This document shows, piece after piece, positions 1 through 9,221 of a stretch of 34,049 nucleotides of DNA; position 1 is the stretch's first letter; each line of letters begins with the position of its first letter. The notes under the pieces were generated by a model that was given only the letters and a program-made list of their open reading frames with translations, was not told the DNA's origin and ran no database searches. The position numbers and the translations under genes are program-made. Source of the DNA: Alphaproteobacteria bacterium (GTDB taxonomy: Bacteria; Pseudomonadota; Alphaproteobacteria; Micavibrionales; Micavibrionaceae); assembly GCA_016763095.1 (NCBI GenBank), contig JAESUK010000093.1, forward strand, positions 1 to 34,049. The letters run 5' to 3'.

Positions 1-30
1 ATATATATTTTAATGTGATATTTATTCTTA

Positions 31-930
31 ATGCGAGATGAGATGAAACACAACAATCCCCCTACAACTATTAAGCTTACTGTGGACAAGGTCTCGCTTC
101 GGGCGGGGCTTTACCTTGTTGGCACACCGATAGGGTATTTAAAGGATATTAGTTTAAGAGCATTAGAGACGTTCATGTCAGTTGATTTTGTGGCATGTGA
201 AGATACGCGGGTTACAGGTAAGCTTCTGCACCATTACGGTATTCCAACCAAAAAAATTAAGTACAATGATCATAGTAACCTCCCAGCACGTGAGAATATT
301 ATAAACATTATTGAGCAAGGACAGTCCGTAGCTTTATGTAGTGATGCGGGACTTCCGTTGATTGCAGACCCAGGGTACAAATTGGTCGCTGAATGTGTTG
401 AAAAGGGTTTGTATGTCACATCTATACCCGGTGCGAATGCAGCGCTGACGGGGTTACAGCTTTCTGCGATGCCAACAGATCAGTTTATCTTTTTAGGCTT
501 TTTGGCAACGAAGAAAAAAGCACGCGAGGATTACCTTAAACGCTGGAAAGATGTTCCCGTTACGCAGGTGTATTATGAGAGTGCACGTAGGATTGTGGAT
601 AGTATTCGTGCGGTACAAACGGTTATGGGTGAGCGGCATGTTGTCGTGGCGCGTGAGCTTACGAAATCATATGAGGAAGTGTTATCTGGAACATGCTCTG
701 AGCTAATTGGTCGACTTGAGGCAAAACCCATTAAGGGGGAAGTTGTTTTTATTGTATCGGGTGAGGGGGATGTAAAAGAACTGAACGATGATGATATCCT
801 TAAACAGCTTCGGTGTGAAATACATGAGCAGAAGCATTCTGTGAAAGAATCTGTGCGCATTGTTATGGATCAATCTGGTTGGCCTAAAAAGAAGGTTTAT
901 GAACATGCTTTGACAGTAAAAAATGAATAA
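31..930 (+). CDS. rsmI: 16S rRNA (cytidine1402-2'-O)-methyltransferase RsmI
   Basis: 299-aa ORF. 'LYLVGTPIGYLKDISLRALETFMSVDFVACEDTRVTGKLL' and 'ALCSDAGLPLIADPGYKLV' match the RsmI (tetrapyrrole-methylase fold) signature. ATGAATAA start/stop overlap with the next gene. Confidence 0.9.
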   Translation: MRDEMKHNNPPTTIKLTVDKVSLRAGLYLVGTPIGYLKDISLRALETFMSVDFVACEDTRVTGKLLHHYGIPTKKIKYNDHSNLPARENIINIIEQGQSVALCSDAGLPLIADPGYKLVAECVEKGLYVTSIPGANAALTGLQLSAMPTDQFIFLGFLATKKKAREDYLKRWKDVPVTQVYYESARRIVDSIRAVQTVMGERHVVVARELTKSYEEVLSGTCSELIGRLEAKPIKGEVVFIVSGEGDVKELNDDDILKQLRCEIHEQKHSVKESVRIVMDQSGWPKKKVYEHALTVKNE

Positions 931-1276
931 GCGTAATGATTATAAAAAGGGACTTTGGGCAGAAAGAATCGCAATAATTTTTTTAATGCTTAAAGGCTAT
1001 AAAATACTGAAAAACCGTTATAAAACACCTGTTGGTGAAGTCGATGTTGTTGCCAAGAAAAGAAATGTGTTGGTTTTTGTTGAGGTGAAGCGTCGTCCAA
1101 ATTATGAGCAGGGAATTTTGTCTATCTCTTCTGTTTCTCAAAAACGAATTATGCGCGCGGCAGAGCATTATCTAATGATGGAAAAACTTGGAAATAGTAT
1201 AGATATGCGCTTTGATGCTATCATCATATCCCCACCTTTTTCTATCAAGCACCTAGTCCATGCATGGACATCTTAA
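923..1276 (+). CDS. yraN: YraN family (UPF0102) endonuclease-like protein
   Basis: 117 aa. 'GLWAERIAIIFLMLKGYKILKNRYKTPVGEVDVVAKKRNVLVFVEVKRR' is the typical YraN core (E-x-D...E-V-K). The 8-nt overlap with rsmI reproduces the rsmI/yraN neighbourhood known from E. coli. Confidence 0.85.
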   Translation: MNKRNDYKKGLWAERIAIIFLMLKGYKILKNRYKTPVGEVDVVAKKRNVLVFVEVKRRPNYEQGILSISSVSQKRIMRAAEHYLMMEKLGNSIDMRFDAIIISPPFSIKHLVHAWTS

Positions 1277-1366
1277 ACGTACGGACTATCATATTAGGAA
1301 CAGTAGAACCTTCTAGCTGATTCTATCGTTATGCGATTATAAAAATACAGGAATGGATGTACGTCG

Positions 1367-2269
1367 ATGAAAACTACAAAAATACTATCAATGTTGGGGC
1401 TTGTTTCCTTAATGGCGTTAAATTCTGGGTGTACGACACTTGGCATTGCTCTTGGTGCAGGCGCTAAAACTGGAATAGAAGCGGCGAAAGAAGGTGGCAT
1501 ATCGCGCGCTGTTACTGATTTTAAAGTCCAAACGCAAATAAATAATTTGTGGTTTCAGCAAGATGTAGATATTTTCCGAAAATTGGATTTGACGGTTAAT
1601 CAAGGTCGTGTGTTGATTACAGGTGTTGTTCAAAATTCTCAACATCGTGTGGATGCTGTGCGTTTAGCGTGGCAACCGAAGGGTGTTAAACAGGTGATTA
1701 ATGAAATCCGTGTTGCTGAGAGCGAAGGGCTTCCTGGCTATGCTCGTGATGTTTGGATTACAGCGCAGTTGCGTACGAAGTTGACGCTTGATAGAGATGT
1801 TCAGTCTATTAACTACTCCATTGATACGGTTCAAGGCGGAATTTACCTTATGGGTGTTGCTCAAAACCAAAATGAGTTGAATAAAGTCATTGATCAGGCG
1901 CGCACAATTTCTGGTGTTAAAGAAGTTGTGAGTTACGTGAAATTCGCGGGGCAGCCTCTGACGCAAGATACGTTGAATGCGTCATCTCAAGGGCAATATG
2001 ATCAGTATTCAGTTGGGCAACCAATAGAAAGCGCTATCTCTCCTCAAGCAGGCGGAGATGTTCCTCCACCGTTGATGTCTCCATATTCAAGAAGTCCAGA
2101 GGGGCTTTCCCCGATGTCACGACCTGAGCCATATGTTTCGAATAAAAATTTGCCTCCTCCTGGTCAATGGGCTGGAAATGGCGGACAACAAGTCGCACCG
2201 GTGCAACAGTCGTCAACGTATTCTGGTGGCTTAAGAGAATCTGTGCAAGCATATCCACTGAATGATTAA
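1367..2269 (+). CDS. Lipoprotein with two BON domains (DolP/YraP-like) and a Pro/Gln-rich C-terminal tail
   Basis: Signal peptide plus lipobox 'LMALNSGC'. Two BON-like repeats: '...LTVNQGRVLITGVVQNSQHRVDAVRLAWQPKGVKQVINEIRV' and '...IDTVQGGIYLMGVAQNQNELNKVIDQARTISGVKEVVSYVKF'. The last ~100 aa are low-complexity P/Q/S/G. Confidence 0.75.
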   Translation: MKTTKILSMLGLVSLMALNSGCTTLGIALGAGAKTGIEAAKEGGISRAVTDFKVQTQINNLWFQQDVDIFRKLDLTVNQGRVLITGVVQNSQHRVDAVRLAWQPKGVKQVINEIRVAESEGLPGYARDVWITAQLRTKLTLDRDVQSINYSIDTVQGGIYLMGVAQNQNELNKVIDQARTISGVKEVVSYVKFAGQPLTQDTLNASSQGQYDQYSVGQPIESAISPQAGGDVPPPLMSPYSRSPEGLSPMSRPEPYVSNKNLPPPGQWAGNGGQQVAPVQQSSTYSGGLRESVQAYPLND

Positions 2270-2297
2270 GGCAGAGTGATTAAGAAAGGGCGTTCGT

Positions 2298-3134
2298 TTG
2301 ATTGAGTCACAAGCATCAAATATTCTTTCACAGTTAAGTGAAGTTGGCGAACAACTTGATGCTGATATTGATTTATTTCAAACCGCTTTATTAATTGCTG
2401 CATTGGATCATCCTGGTCGGTTGACCGAACGTTATACCCTACATATAGACCGTATGATTGAGGCTTGTGAGCAAGCGTTTGATGGTTTGAATGATACCGC
2501 GAAAAACCAACTGAATGTATTGCGTGATGTTTTGTTTTCTCAGGAAGAATATGATGGAGATTCTGAAAATTTTGATCGCTTAGATAATGCGGATATCATG
2601 TCTGTTATAGATAGGCGGTGTGGACTACCTGTCACGTTATCAATCTTATATATGGCTGTTGCGAAGGCTCTTGGTTGGCATGTACAAGCTTTGAGTTTTC
2701 CCGCACATGTTTTTTTGCGTATTGAGTGTGGTGGAGAAAGAATTGTTTTTGATCCTTTTGATGGTGCGCGTGTTATGGAAGCGCATGATTTGCGAGAAAA
2801 GCTGAAAGATTTAGTCGGCGGACATGCCGAGCTCTCGTCGGATTACTATGAGGCTATGACGAACAGGGATGTAATTGTCCGCCTTCAAAATAATATTAAG
2901 ACGCGTTTGATTTCGGAAGAAGATTTTGACGCAGCGTTAGAGCGTGTCGATATTATGCGTCTAATTCTCCCTAATGATCCGCGGTTACTGTTTGAGGCGG
3001 GGATACTGAATGCGCGTGCAGGAAGGCGTATGGAGGCAATCACATTGCTTCGGAAATATGTGGATGTTGTGGATTCTCAAGCAGACAGAGAAGATGCTCT
3101 TATGCTGCTGCGTGAGTTAGAAGGCGACGTATAG
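2298..3134 (+). CDS. SirB1/YchA-like protein (transglutaminase-like N-domain plus TPR-like C-domain)
   Basis: 278-aa ORF from a TTG start, with no in-frame ATG near the N-terminus. 'GLPVTLSILYMAVAKALGWHVQALSFPAHVFLRI' resembles the UPF0162/SirB1 core, and the C-terminus is helical-repeat. The start codon is uncertain. Confidence 0.6.
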   Translation: MIESQASNILSQLSEVGEQLDADIDLFQTALLIAALDHPGRLTERYTLHIDRMIEACEQAFDGLNDTAKNQLNVLRDVLFSQEEYDGDSENFDRLDNADIMSVIDRRCGLPVTLSILYMAVAKALGWHVQALSFPAHVFLRIECGGERIVFDPFDGARVMEAHDLREKLKDLVGGHAELSSDYYEAMTNRDVIVRLQNNIKTRLISEEDFDAALERVDIMRLILPNDPRLLFEAGILNARAGRRMEAITLLRKYVDVVDSQADREDALMLLRELEGDV

Positions 3135-3267
3135 TAAAGCTAAAAAACAGAGGATCGTTCAATAAGCTTGGTGTTCATGGGTTGTTTTTTTTAGTGAGTG
3201 TCCTAGTTTAGACGCTATAGATTCGTTTGAATCATTTTATTTTTTAAAAGGTGCAGGAGTTAACGCG

Positions 3268-3783
3268 ATGCCATTACGTATTTTTATGATAATTCTTCTT
3301 TCTCTGTTTGTGACAGCATGTACAGGTAATGATGCTATTGATGAAGGTGTTGTTGTTACATCTGACCGTGAAGGTATTTCAACGGGAGTTGATGGAACTG
3401 GTTATGACGTAAGTGGTACAGCTCTTCCTGGTTCATCAGAAGATCTTGTTGAGAACGTTGGAGACCGTATTTTCTTCGGTTATGATAGTTATAATTTAAG
3501 TGGTGAAGCACGTGCCGTTCTTGAACGTCAAGCACAGTGGTTGTCTCAGTACCAAAATCTTTCCGTTACAATTGAAGGTCATGCGGATGAGCGTGGAACA
3601 CGTGAATATAACTTAGCGTTGGGTGAGCGTCATGCGAATGCTGTGCAAAGTTATCTTGCTGCACTTGGTGTTGATGCATCTCGTCTTTCAGTTGTGAGTT
3701 ATGGTAAAGAACGTCCTGTTGTGTTTGATAATGATCCTTCAGCTTGGGCTCAAAATCGCCGTGGCGTAACAACTATTAACTAA
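3268..3783 (+). CDS. pal: Peptidoglycan-associated lipoprotein Pal (OmpA-C family)
   Basis: Lipobox 'LFVTAC'. 'IFFGYDSYNLSGEARAVLERQAQWLSQYQNLSVTIEGHADERGTREYNLALGERHANAVQSYL...VSYGKERP' is the canonical Pal/OmpA peptidoglycan-binding domain. GCAGGAG SD upstream. Confidence 0.92.
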   Translation: MPLRIFMIILLSLFVTACTGNDAIDEGVVVTSDREGISTGVDGTGYDVSGTALPGSSEDLVENVGDRIFFGYDSYNLSGEARAVLERQAQWLSQYQNLSVTIEGHADERGTREYNLALGERHANAVQSYLAALGVDASRLSVVSYGKERPVVFDNDPSAWAQNRRGVTTIN

Positions 3784-3804
3784 TATTTTTAAGAGAGGGT
3801 TTTT

Positions 3805-4689
3805 ATGAACTCTTCTACAAAACTATTGAGAACTAAATGGGCCATTTTTTTGGCCTGTTTTGCGTTATTCGTTTTCCCTTCTATTCAGGCCGTGGCACAG
3901 AGCGATTTGTATAATCGTTTAAGCCGTGTCGAACGTGATGTTCAGACACTATCCAAGGCTGTCTATAAGGGAGAAACTCTTCCTGCAAGTGTTGGTGGAG
4001 CGATTGCGGATGATCAGAAATACCGTGCGCAAATGGATGTGCGGATGAATGATCTTGAAACGCAAATCAGAGATCTTCGCGGTCTTGTTGAGCAGTTCCA
4101 GTATAATGTGGATCAACTCAATATGAAAGTTGATGCGTTGAATGCGCAAGCCTATACGGGCTCTCAAGTAGAGACTCACGCTAAAGCTAATCAAATTCAA
4201 CCATACCAACCGCCGATTGTACCTCAAAATAGTCAAACATCAGGTACATCACCTTTGATGACAAATGGTGAAAATAACACTGTTCAGAATTTGTCTGAGG
4301 CACCGTCTCCGACAGATGTGTATGACCGTGCCTATGCTTTTTTAAAGAGTGGGGATAATGTGAGTGCACAAGAGGCATTCAAGGCGTTTATTGATAAATA
4401 CCCGAAAGAATCCCTGACGAATAATGCGCGCTATAGGTTGGGTGAAACACACTATGTTCAAAATGACTATGAGAAGGCGGCGCGTATCTTTGCTGATGCC
4501 TATCAAAAAGCGCCTAAAGGTATAAAGGCAGCAGATAATCTTTTGAAGTTGGGTCTGTCCCTCAGTGGGCTTGGTCGTAAAGATGATGCATGCGTGTCCT
4601 TTACTCAGCTAGATAGAGAGTTTGGACGCACGTCTTCTGCAATTGTTCGCCGTGGTGAGCAAGAGCGTAGTAAGCTTGGTTGTGAGTAG
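3805..4689 (+). CDS. cpoB: Tol-Pal system protein CpoB/YbgF
   Basis: Signal peptide, an N-terminal coiled coil ('RMNDLETQIRDLRGLVEQFQYNVDQLNMKVDAL') and C-terminal TPR repeats ('YDRAYAFLKSGDNVSAQEAFKAFIDKYPKESLTNNARYRLGETHY'). It sits immediately downstream of pal. Confidence 0.82.
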   Translation: MNSSTKLLRTKWAIFLACFALFVFPSIQAVAQSDLYNRLSRVERDVQTLSKAVYKGETLPASVGGAIADDQKYRAQMDVRMNDLETQIRDLRGLVEQFQYNVDQLNMKVDALNAQAYTGSQVETHAKANQIQPYQPPIVPQNSQTSGTSPLMTNGENNTVQNLSEAPSPTDVYDRAYAFLKSGDNVSAQEAFKAFIDKYPKESLTNNARYRLGETHYVQNDYEKAARIFADAYQKAPKGIKAADNLLKLGLSLSGLGRKDDACVSFTQLDREFGRTSSAIVRRGEQERSKLGCE

Positions 4690-4757
4690 AGCACACGCGT
4701 CTAATCATGTTGCGTTTACCTAGAGCCTCTATTTATTAAATATTGTGAGGTTGCTTA

Positions 4758-5414
4758 ATGACTAACGGTGTTTTTATAACAGACTCTACGAACGGTGTAC
4801 GTATTCGTGCAGACGTTCCCCTTACGATACGAAATGGTTATCAGGTTCGTGTTGTTTCCTTTTCAGGTCTTTCAGATCAACTTGAACATGTTGCGTTGGT
4901 TTTTGATGGGGACTCTGAATCTTCTGATGCACCTTTGGTTCGGTTGCACTCACAATGTTTGACGGGAGATGTTTTTGGATCAACGCGGTGTGATTGTGGA
5001 GGACAGTTGCAAGATGCTATGGATCGTATGGCGCAAGATGGAGGCATTCTGCTTTACCTTATTCAAGAGGGGCGTGGAATTGGACTTTATAATAAGCTTG
5101 ATGCTTATAAGCTTCAGATAGAAGAGGGTATGGATACCTATGAGGCAAATCAACATATTGGGCAACCAGATGATGCGCGAGATTACAAAGTTGCATCAGA
5201 AATGTTGGGTGCACTAGGTATATCAGCGCTCAAATTGCTTTCTAATAACCCCGATAAAGTGGATCAGCTTGTGAACTATGGCATGAAAGTTGTTGCGCGT
5301 GTTCCGACAGAGGTTCATGTGAACGCAGATAATGTAAATTATCTGGAAGCCAAAATAAAAAAATCAGGGCATGACATTGATCTAAGCGGTGCGTGTTGTT
5401 CTTGGCATGAGTGA
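4758..5414 (+). CDS. ribA: GTP cyclohydrolase II
   Basis: 'VRLHSQCLTGDVFGSTRCDCGGQL' (zinc Cys triad) and 'ILLYLIQEGRGIGLYNKLDAYKLQ' match RibA. It overlaps ribD. Confidence 0.92.
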   Translation: MTNGVFITDSTNGVRIRADVPLTIRNGYQVRVVSFSGLSDQLEHVALVFDGDSESSDAPLVRLHSQCLTGDVFGSTRCDCGGQLQDAMDRMAQDGGILLYLIQEGRGIGLYNKLDAYKLQIEEGMDTYEANQHIGQPDDARDYKVASEMLGALGISALKLLSNNPDKVDQLVNYGMKVVARVPTEVHVNADNVNYLEAKIKKSGHDIDLSGACCSWHE

Positions 5415-6513
5415 GGATGTTTTCGATATAGAATTTATGAGGAGGGCTCTTGATCTTGCACAACAGGGGCTTGGGCGTGTTGCGCCTAACCCTTCTGTTG
5501 GCTGTGTGATTGTTAAGGACGGAGTCATTGCTGGGGAAGCGAGAACAGCGGATCATGGGCGCCCGCATGCGGAACGTCGTGCACTTGAAATGGCGGGTGA
5601 TAAGGCATTAGGGGCTACTGTGTATGTCACGCTTGAGCCATGTAATAACCATGGAGTAACATCACCATGTGTTGATGAGTTGATTGAAGCAGGGGTGGCG
5701 CGTGTTGTTATCTCTTGTCGTGATCCTTTTCAAACAAGCGAGCATAGTGGCGGGATTCAAAAGTTTAAAGATGCAGGGATTATCGTTGATGAAGGCGTTC
5801 TTGGTAATGAGTCCAATGCGCTAAATGAGGGCTTCTTCTTATTTTCTCAAGAAAACCGTCCTTTTGTATCTGCCAAGATAGCGTCGTCACTTGATGGACG
5901 CATAGCAACAAAATCTGGTGAAAGTAAATGGATTACGGGAAGCCTCTCCCGCCAACGTGGACATATATTTCGCGCAATGCATGATGCTGTTTTATGTGGA
6001 ATAGGGACAGTTCTTGCTGATGACCCATCCCTTACTGTTCGGCTTGATGGGCATGATGGCTTCCAACCTGTTAGAATAATCATAGACCGTGATTTAAAAA
6101 TCCCACTGGAATGTAAACTTGTTTTGAGTTCGAAAAATCACCCTGTCTGGATTGTTTGTAACGAAGGAGCTCCTTCGGATAAGAAAAAAAATCTTTGTGA
6201 CCTAGGGCTTATACTGATTGAGTTAAAACCTGATCTTGATGGACGGTTTTTCGCTTTGGATGTGTTGCAAGCTCTTGCACAAAAAGGAATGACTCGGGTT
6301 TTGATTGAAGGTGGTGGCGATACTATCTCTACATTTTTGCGAGAAGGTATGGTTGATCAATTGCTCTGGTTTCGTGCGCCTAAGATCATTGGTGGGGACG
6401 GTGTTCCCGCGCTTCCTATATTGAATGTTGAGGGGATGGATGAGTGCTTACGCTTAAGTCTTCTTGAAAGCGAACGTCTGGGTGACGATATTTTAGAAAT
6501 CTGGAAATTATAG
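5407..6513 (+). CDS. ribD: Bifunctional riboflavin biosynthesis protein RibD (pyrimidine deaminase / uracil reductase)
   Basis: 'PNPSVGCVIVKDG', 'HAERRAL' and 'YVTLEPCNNHG' form the CMP/dCMP deaminase zinc motif. The C-terminal RibD_C reductase domain is marked by 'ASSLDGRIATKSGESKWITG'. I prefer the ATG at 5407 (ATGAGTGA overlap with the ribA stop), but the GTG at 5389 is also open. Confidence 0.92.
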   Translation: MSEDVFDIEFMRRALDLAQQGLGRVAPNPSVGCVIVKDGVIAGEARTADHGRPHAERRALEMAGDKALGATVYVTLEPCNNHGVTSPCVDELIEAGVARVVISCRDPFQTSEHSGGIQKFKDAGIIVDEGVLGNESNALNEGFFLFSQENRPFVSAKIASSLDGRIATKSGESKWITGSLSRQRGHIFRAMHDAVLCGIGTVLADDPSLTVRLDGHDGFQPVRIIIDRDLKIPLECKLVLSSKNHPVWIVCNEGAPSDKKKNLCDLGLILIELKPDLDGRFFALDVLQALAQKGMTRVLIEGGGDTISTFLREGMVDQLLWFRAPKIIGGDGVPALPILNVEGMDECLRLSLLESERLGDDILEIWKL

Positions 6514-6562
6514 TAATTTAGCTGTTTTGCGTCTGTGGTTCTCAAGACCTATTTCGTTCATT

Positions 6563-6949
6563 TCATCCGTTTCTTTTTTTTTCACGTTCTTTACGTTCTT
6601 TTGCTTTACGTGTGCGGTCGACAATTTCTGTTTTCTTTAGGTCTTCGAAAGCTACGCGGATGTCATCTTGCGCCAAGGTTATACGTGTTTTTACCTTCTC
6701 AATTTTATCATTGAATTTTTCTATTGCGTCATTTGCGGCGGCTCGAAATTTTGAGAATGATAGTTGAATGAGAACGTCATTTGCCATGCTTTCGGCAACG
6801 CGTTTTTCACGCGCTATTTGGTCTGTTTTGTCTTGTTTTTGGCGCTCATACTCTTCTTGCTCACGATATAGACGTGCGAGAATCTTCTGTTTTTCGTCGA
6901 CACGGTGTTTCTGAATACGGATGAGGCCATCAAGCTTCGCCATTATCAT
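6563..6949 (-). CDS. fliJ: Flagellar export chaperone-like protein FliJ (coiled coil)
   Basis: 128-aa highly charged all-helical protein whose start overlaps the 3' end of fliI. Its size, composition and position fit FliJ, but the call has no strong motif support. Confidence 0.6.
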   Translation of the reverse strand: MIMAKLDGLIRIQKHRVDEKQKILARLYREQEEYERQKQDKTDQIAREKRVAESMANDVLIQLSFSKFRAAANDAIEKFNDKIEKVKTRITLAQDDIRVAFEDLKKTEIVDRTRKAKERKEREKKRNG

Positions 6950-8300
6950 CCTCTACATGTGTTTCCTCGGTATTTATGCCGATGATTTGAGCAAGGGCAG
7001 TAAAAGATTCTTCAATGGTAGAGCTGTCGCCTTTGTTTTGGCTGAGGAACTCTTCTATTGCTGGATAAATCTCAATGGCATGGTCTACAAGTGGGTCGCT
7101 TCCTTTGCGGTAAGCCCCAAGGCGGATAAGTTCTCCCATGTCTTCGTAGGTGCTGATGATTTTTTTTGCGTTTTTCACTATTTCGTTTTGCTCATCTGAA
7201 AGTGCCATAGGAAGTGAACGCGATATGGATTTGAGGACGTTAATCGCAGGATAGCGACCACGTTCAGCAATTTCGCGTTGCATCACAATGTGACCATCCA
7301 AAATTCCTCGCACGGCATCTGAAATAGGTTCGTTGTCATCGTCTCCTTCAACAAGGACAGAGAATAACCCTGTGATATCTCCTTGTCCGTATATCCCTGG
7401 ACCTGCGCGTTCAAGAAGGCGAGAGAGTTCACCAAACGTTGTTGGTGGATAGCCTTTTGCCGTTGGTGGCTCACCCGCAGAAAGTCCAATTTCACGTTGT
7501 GCCATTGCAAAGCGCGTTACGGAATCCATCAGACAAAGAACTTGCCGTTGTTGCTCTCTGAAATATTCAGCGACTGAGAGTGTAATGTAAGCAGCTTGAC
7601 GGCGCATGAGAGCGGGTTCATCCCCTGTGGCAACGATAACAACTGAGCGTTTTAAGCCTTCTTCGCCCAAATCGTCCTCAAGGAATTCTTGCACTTCTCG
7701 TCCACGTTCGCCAATTAGCCCAATAACAGAGATATCAGCGGCTGTGTATTTTGCCATCATGGAGAGTAAAACGGATTTACCAACCCCCGATCCCGCAAAA
7801 ATACCCATTCTTTGCCCTTGGCAGAGGGCGGTAAATGTATTCACGGCACGCACGCCGAGGTCTAATTTTTCGCCAATTCGCTTTCGTTGGTGTGCAGGAG
7901 GGGGATTATTTTTGATTGAAATAGGGTGTGAACCCGAAATAAGAGGACCTTTGCCATCTATTGGCTCACCAAGACCATTTATCACGCGTCCTAGCCAACT
8001 TTCTGATGGGTAAATGACGGGCAGTATGTTTGTGAACACTGCACGACACCCCAGTCCTACACCTTCTAAACGTCCGAAAGGAAGAAGGACTGCTGATTTA
8101 TCTTTAAATCCAATGACTTCACATGGGATGGGTTTCTTTTTAACAGGGTGTAAAATAACCCGTGATCCGACGGTTAAATCTGCGCCAAAGCCCTTTATTT
8201 CTATCATTAAGCCAAGAACTTTTGTGACCTCACCATAGATTTCGTGAGGAGGGATGTTTTTAAGGCGTTCAGAGGTTTGTTCAGCTATTTTTGAGGTCAT
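6930..8300 (-). CDS. fliI: Flagellum-specific (type III secretion) ATPase FliI
   Basis: 456 aa. Walker A '[17 protein letters not shown]', Walker B '[18 protein letters not shown]', '[15 protein letters not shown]'-type segment ('[20 protein letters not shown]') and '[14 protein letters not shown]' are FliI/YscN family signatures. Confidence 0.92.
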   Translation of the reverse strand: MTSKIAEQTSERLKNIPPHEIYGEVTKVLGLMIEIKGFGADLTVGSRVILHPVKKKPIPCEVIGFKDKSAVLLPFGRLEGVGLGCRAVFTNILPVIYPSESWLGRVINGLGEPIDGKGPLISGSHPISIKNNPPPAHQRKRIGEKLDLGVRAVNTFTALCQGQRMGIFAGSGVGKSVLLSMMAKYTAADISVIGLIGERGREVQEFLEDDLGEEGLKRSVVIVATGDEPALMRRQAAYITLSVAEYFREQQRQVLCLMDSVTRFAMAQREIGLSAGEPPTAKGYPPTTFGELSRLLERAGPGIYGQGDITGLFSVLVEGDDDNEPISDAVRGILDGHIVMQREIAERGRYPAINVLKSISRSLPMALSDEQNEIVKNAKKIISTYEDMGELIRLGAYRKGSDPLVDHAIEIYPAIEEFLSQNKGDSSTIEESFTALAQIIGINTEETHVEDDNGEA

Positions 8301-8340
8301 AATTTAGTATATATTGGGTTTGACAGAATAATAATGTTTT

Positions 8341-8402
8341 TTAACATTTGTTAACTTTTTTAATATTTGTTAAACTATTTGTTAATAAAGATTAACAGAA
8401 TC
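8341..8402. promoter_or_regulatory. TTAA-repeat array plus GANTC site in the fliI-ctrA divergent promoter region
   Basis: TTAA starts at 8341, 8351, 8360, 8370, 8382 and 8392 (spacings 10, 9, 10, 12, 10). Exact 9-mer ATTTGTTAA occurs at 8346, 8365 and 8377. GAATC lies at 8398-8402, 32 nt before the ctrA ATG. A TTGACA hexamer lies at 8320-8325. Confidence 0.45.
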
Positions 8403-8433
8403 TGAAAATTTATAAAAGTAAGGAAGAAAGTCC

Positions 8434-9147
8434 ATGCGCGTTTTACTCATAGAAGATGATAGTTCTACAGCGAAAAGTATTGAGCTAATGCTGAAATCAG
8501 AAGGATATGTAATTGATGTTACTGACCTTGGCGAAGATGGTATAGACCTCAGTAAAGTATATGACTATGACATTATTATCCTTGATTTGATGCTTCCTGA
8601 TATGGACGGTTACGATGTGCTTAAGCAAATGCGTGATTCTAAGATTGAAACACCGATCTTGATCTTGTCAGGTCTTGGTGAAATGGAAAATAAGATCAAA
8701 GGCCTTGGATACGGAGCCGATGATTATCTTACAAAACCATTTGATAAGCGTGAGTTAGTTGCCCGTCTTCAGGCAATAGTAAGACGTTCACAAGGTCATG
8801 CGCAAAGTATAATTAAAGTTGGGAACATTAATATTAACCTAGATTCACGTACTGTTGATGTTGAGGGTGACACTGTTCATCTGACAGGAAAAGAGTACGG
8901 AATACTAGAACTTATGGCACTTCGTAAGGGGACAACACTTACAAAAGAAGCCTTCCTTAACCATTTATATGGTGGAATGGATGAGCCTGAGCTTAAAATT
9001 ATTGATGTCTTTATCTGTAAGCTTCGTAAAAAGCTTGAGCTTGCTACGGGTGGTGAAAACTACGTGGAAACTGTGTGGGGACGAGGATATGTTCTTCGTG
9101 AGCCTAAAGGTGCTGCGAATAGTGGTGCTAAAAAAGCAGCTGGATAA
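8434..9147 (+). CDS. ctrA: Cell-cycle response regulator CtrA (OmpR family)
   Basis: It aligns nearly end to end with remembered Caulobacter CtrA. Matching segments are '[24 protein letters not shown]', '[13 protein letters not shown]', '[10 protein letters not shown]', '[54 protein letters not shown]' and '[13 protein letters not shown]'. Confidence 0.95.
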   Translation: MRVLLIEDDSSTAKSIELMLKSEGYVIDVTDLGEDGIDLSKVYDYDIIILDLMLPDMDGYDVLKQMRDSKIETPILILSGLGEMENKIKGLGYGADDYLTKPFDKRELVARLQAIVRRSQGHAQSIIKVGNININLDSRTVDVEGDTVHLTGKEYGILELMALRKGTTLTKEAFLNHLYGGMDEPELKIIDVFICKLRKKLELATGGENYVETVWGRGYVLREPKGAANSGAKKAAG

Positions 9148-9195
9148 TAAGTATCTTCCTTTTTCATTGATATTTTAATATTTATATATTATGTA

Positions 9196-9218
9196 TACTC
9201 CCTTCTTAGGGGGGAGTA
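9196..9218 (+). promoter_or_regulatory. Stem-loop enclosing the Shine-Dalgarno of the downstream ORF
   Basis: TACTCCC (9196-9202) pairs with GGGAGTA (9212-9218) around a 9-nt loop. The 3' arm contains the GGAG located 5 nt before the ATG at 9222. No T-tract follows, so it is not a classic terminator. Confidence 0.35.
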
Positions 9219-9221
9219 GCA

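Noticed and set aside
3135-3200. Possible terminator after the SirB1-like gene (AAAAAACA ... TGTTTTTTTT)
   Set aside because: Only the A-run and T-run are complementary. The ~30 nt between them form no convincing GC-rich stem, so I did not call it as a terminator.
4690-4757. Possible FMN (RFN) riboswitch upstream of ribA
   Set aside because: The intergenic region is only 68 nt, far shorter than an RFN element, and I could not see the conserved RFN helices.
7383-8238. Plus-strand ORFs 7383-7577, 7606-8013 and 8014-8238 (64-135 aa) inside the fliI region
   Set aside because: They are antisense shadow ORFs of the strongly supported fliI gene. Their Pro/Ser/Arg-rich, low-complexity translations are typical of the opposite strand of a real gene.
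8341-8395. Canonical CtrA boxes (TTAA-N7-TTAA) in the ctrA promoter
   Set aside because: I counted the spacings, and none of the adjacent TTAA pairs is N7 (they are N6, N5, N6, N8, N6). I report the array as a variant or unknown site rather than as bona fide CtrA boxes.
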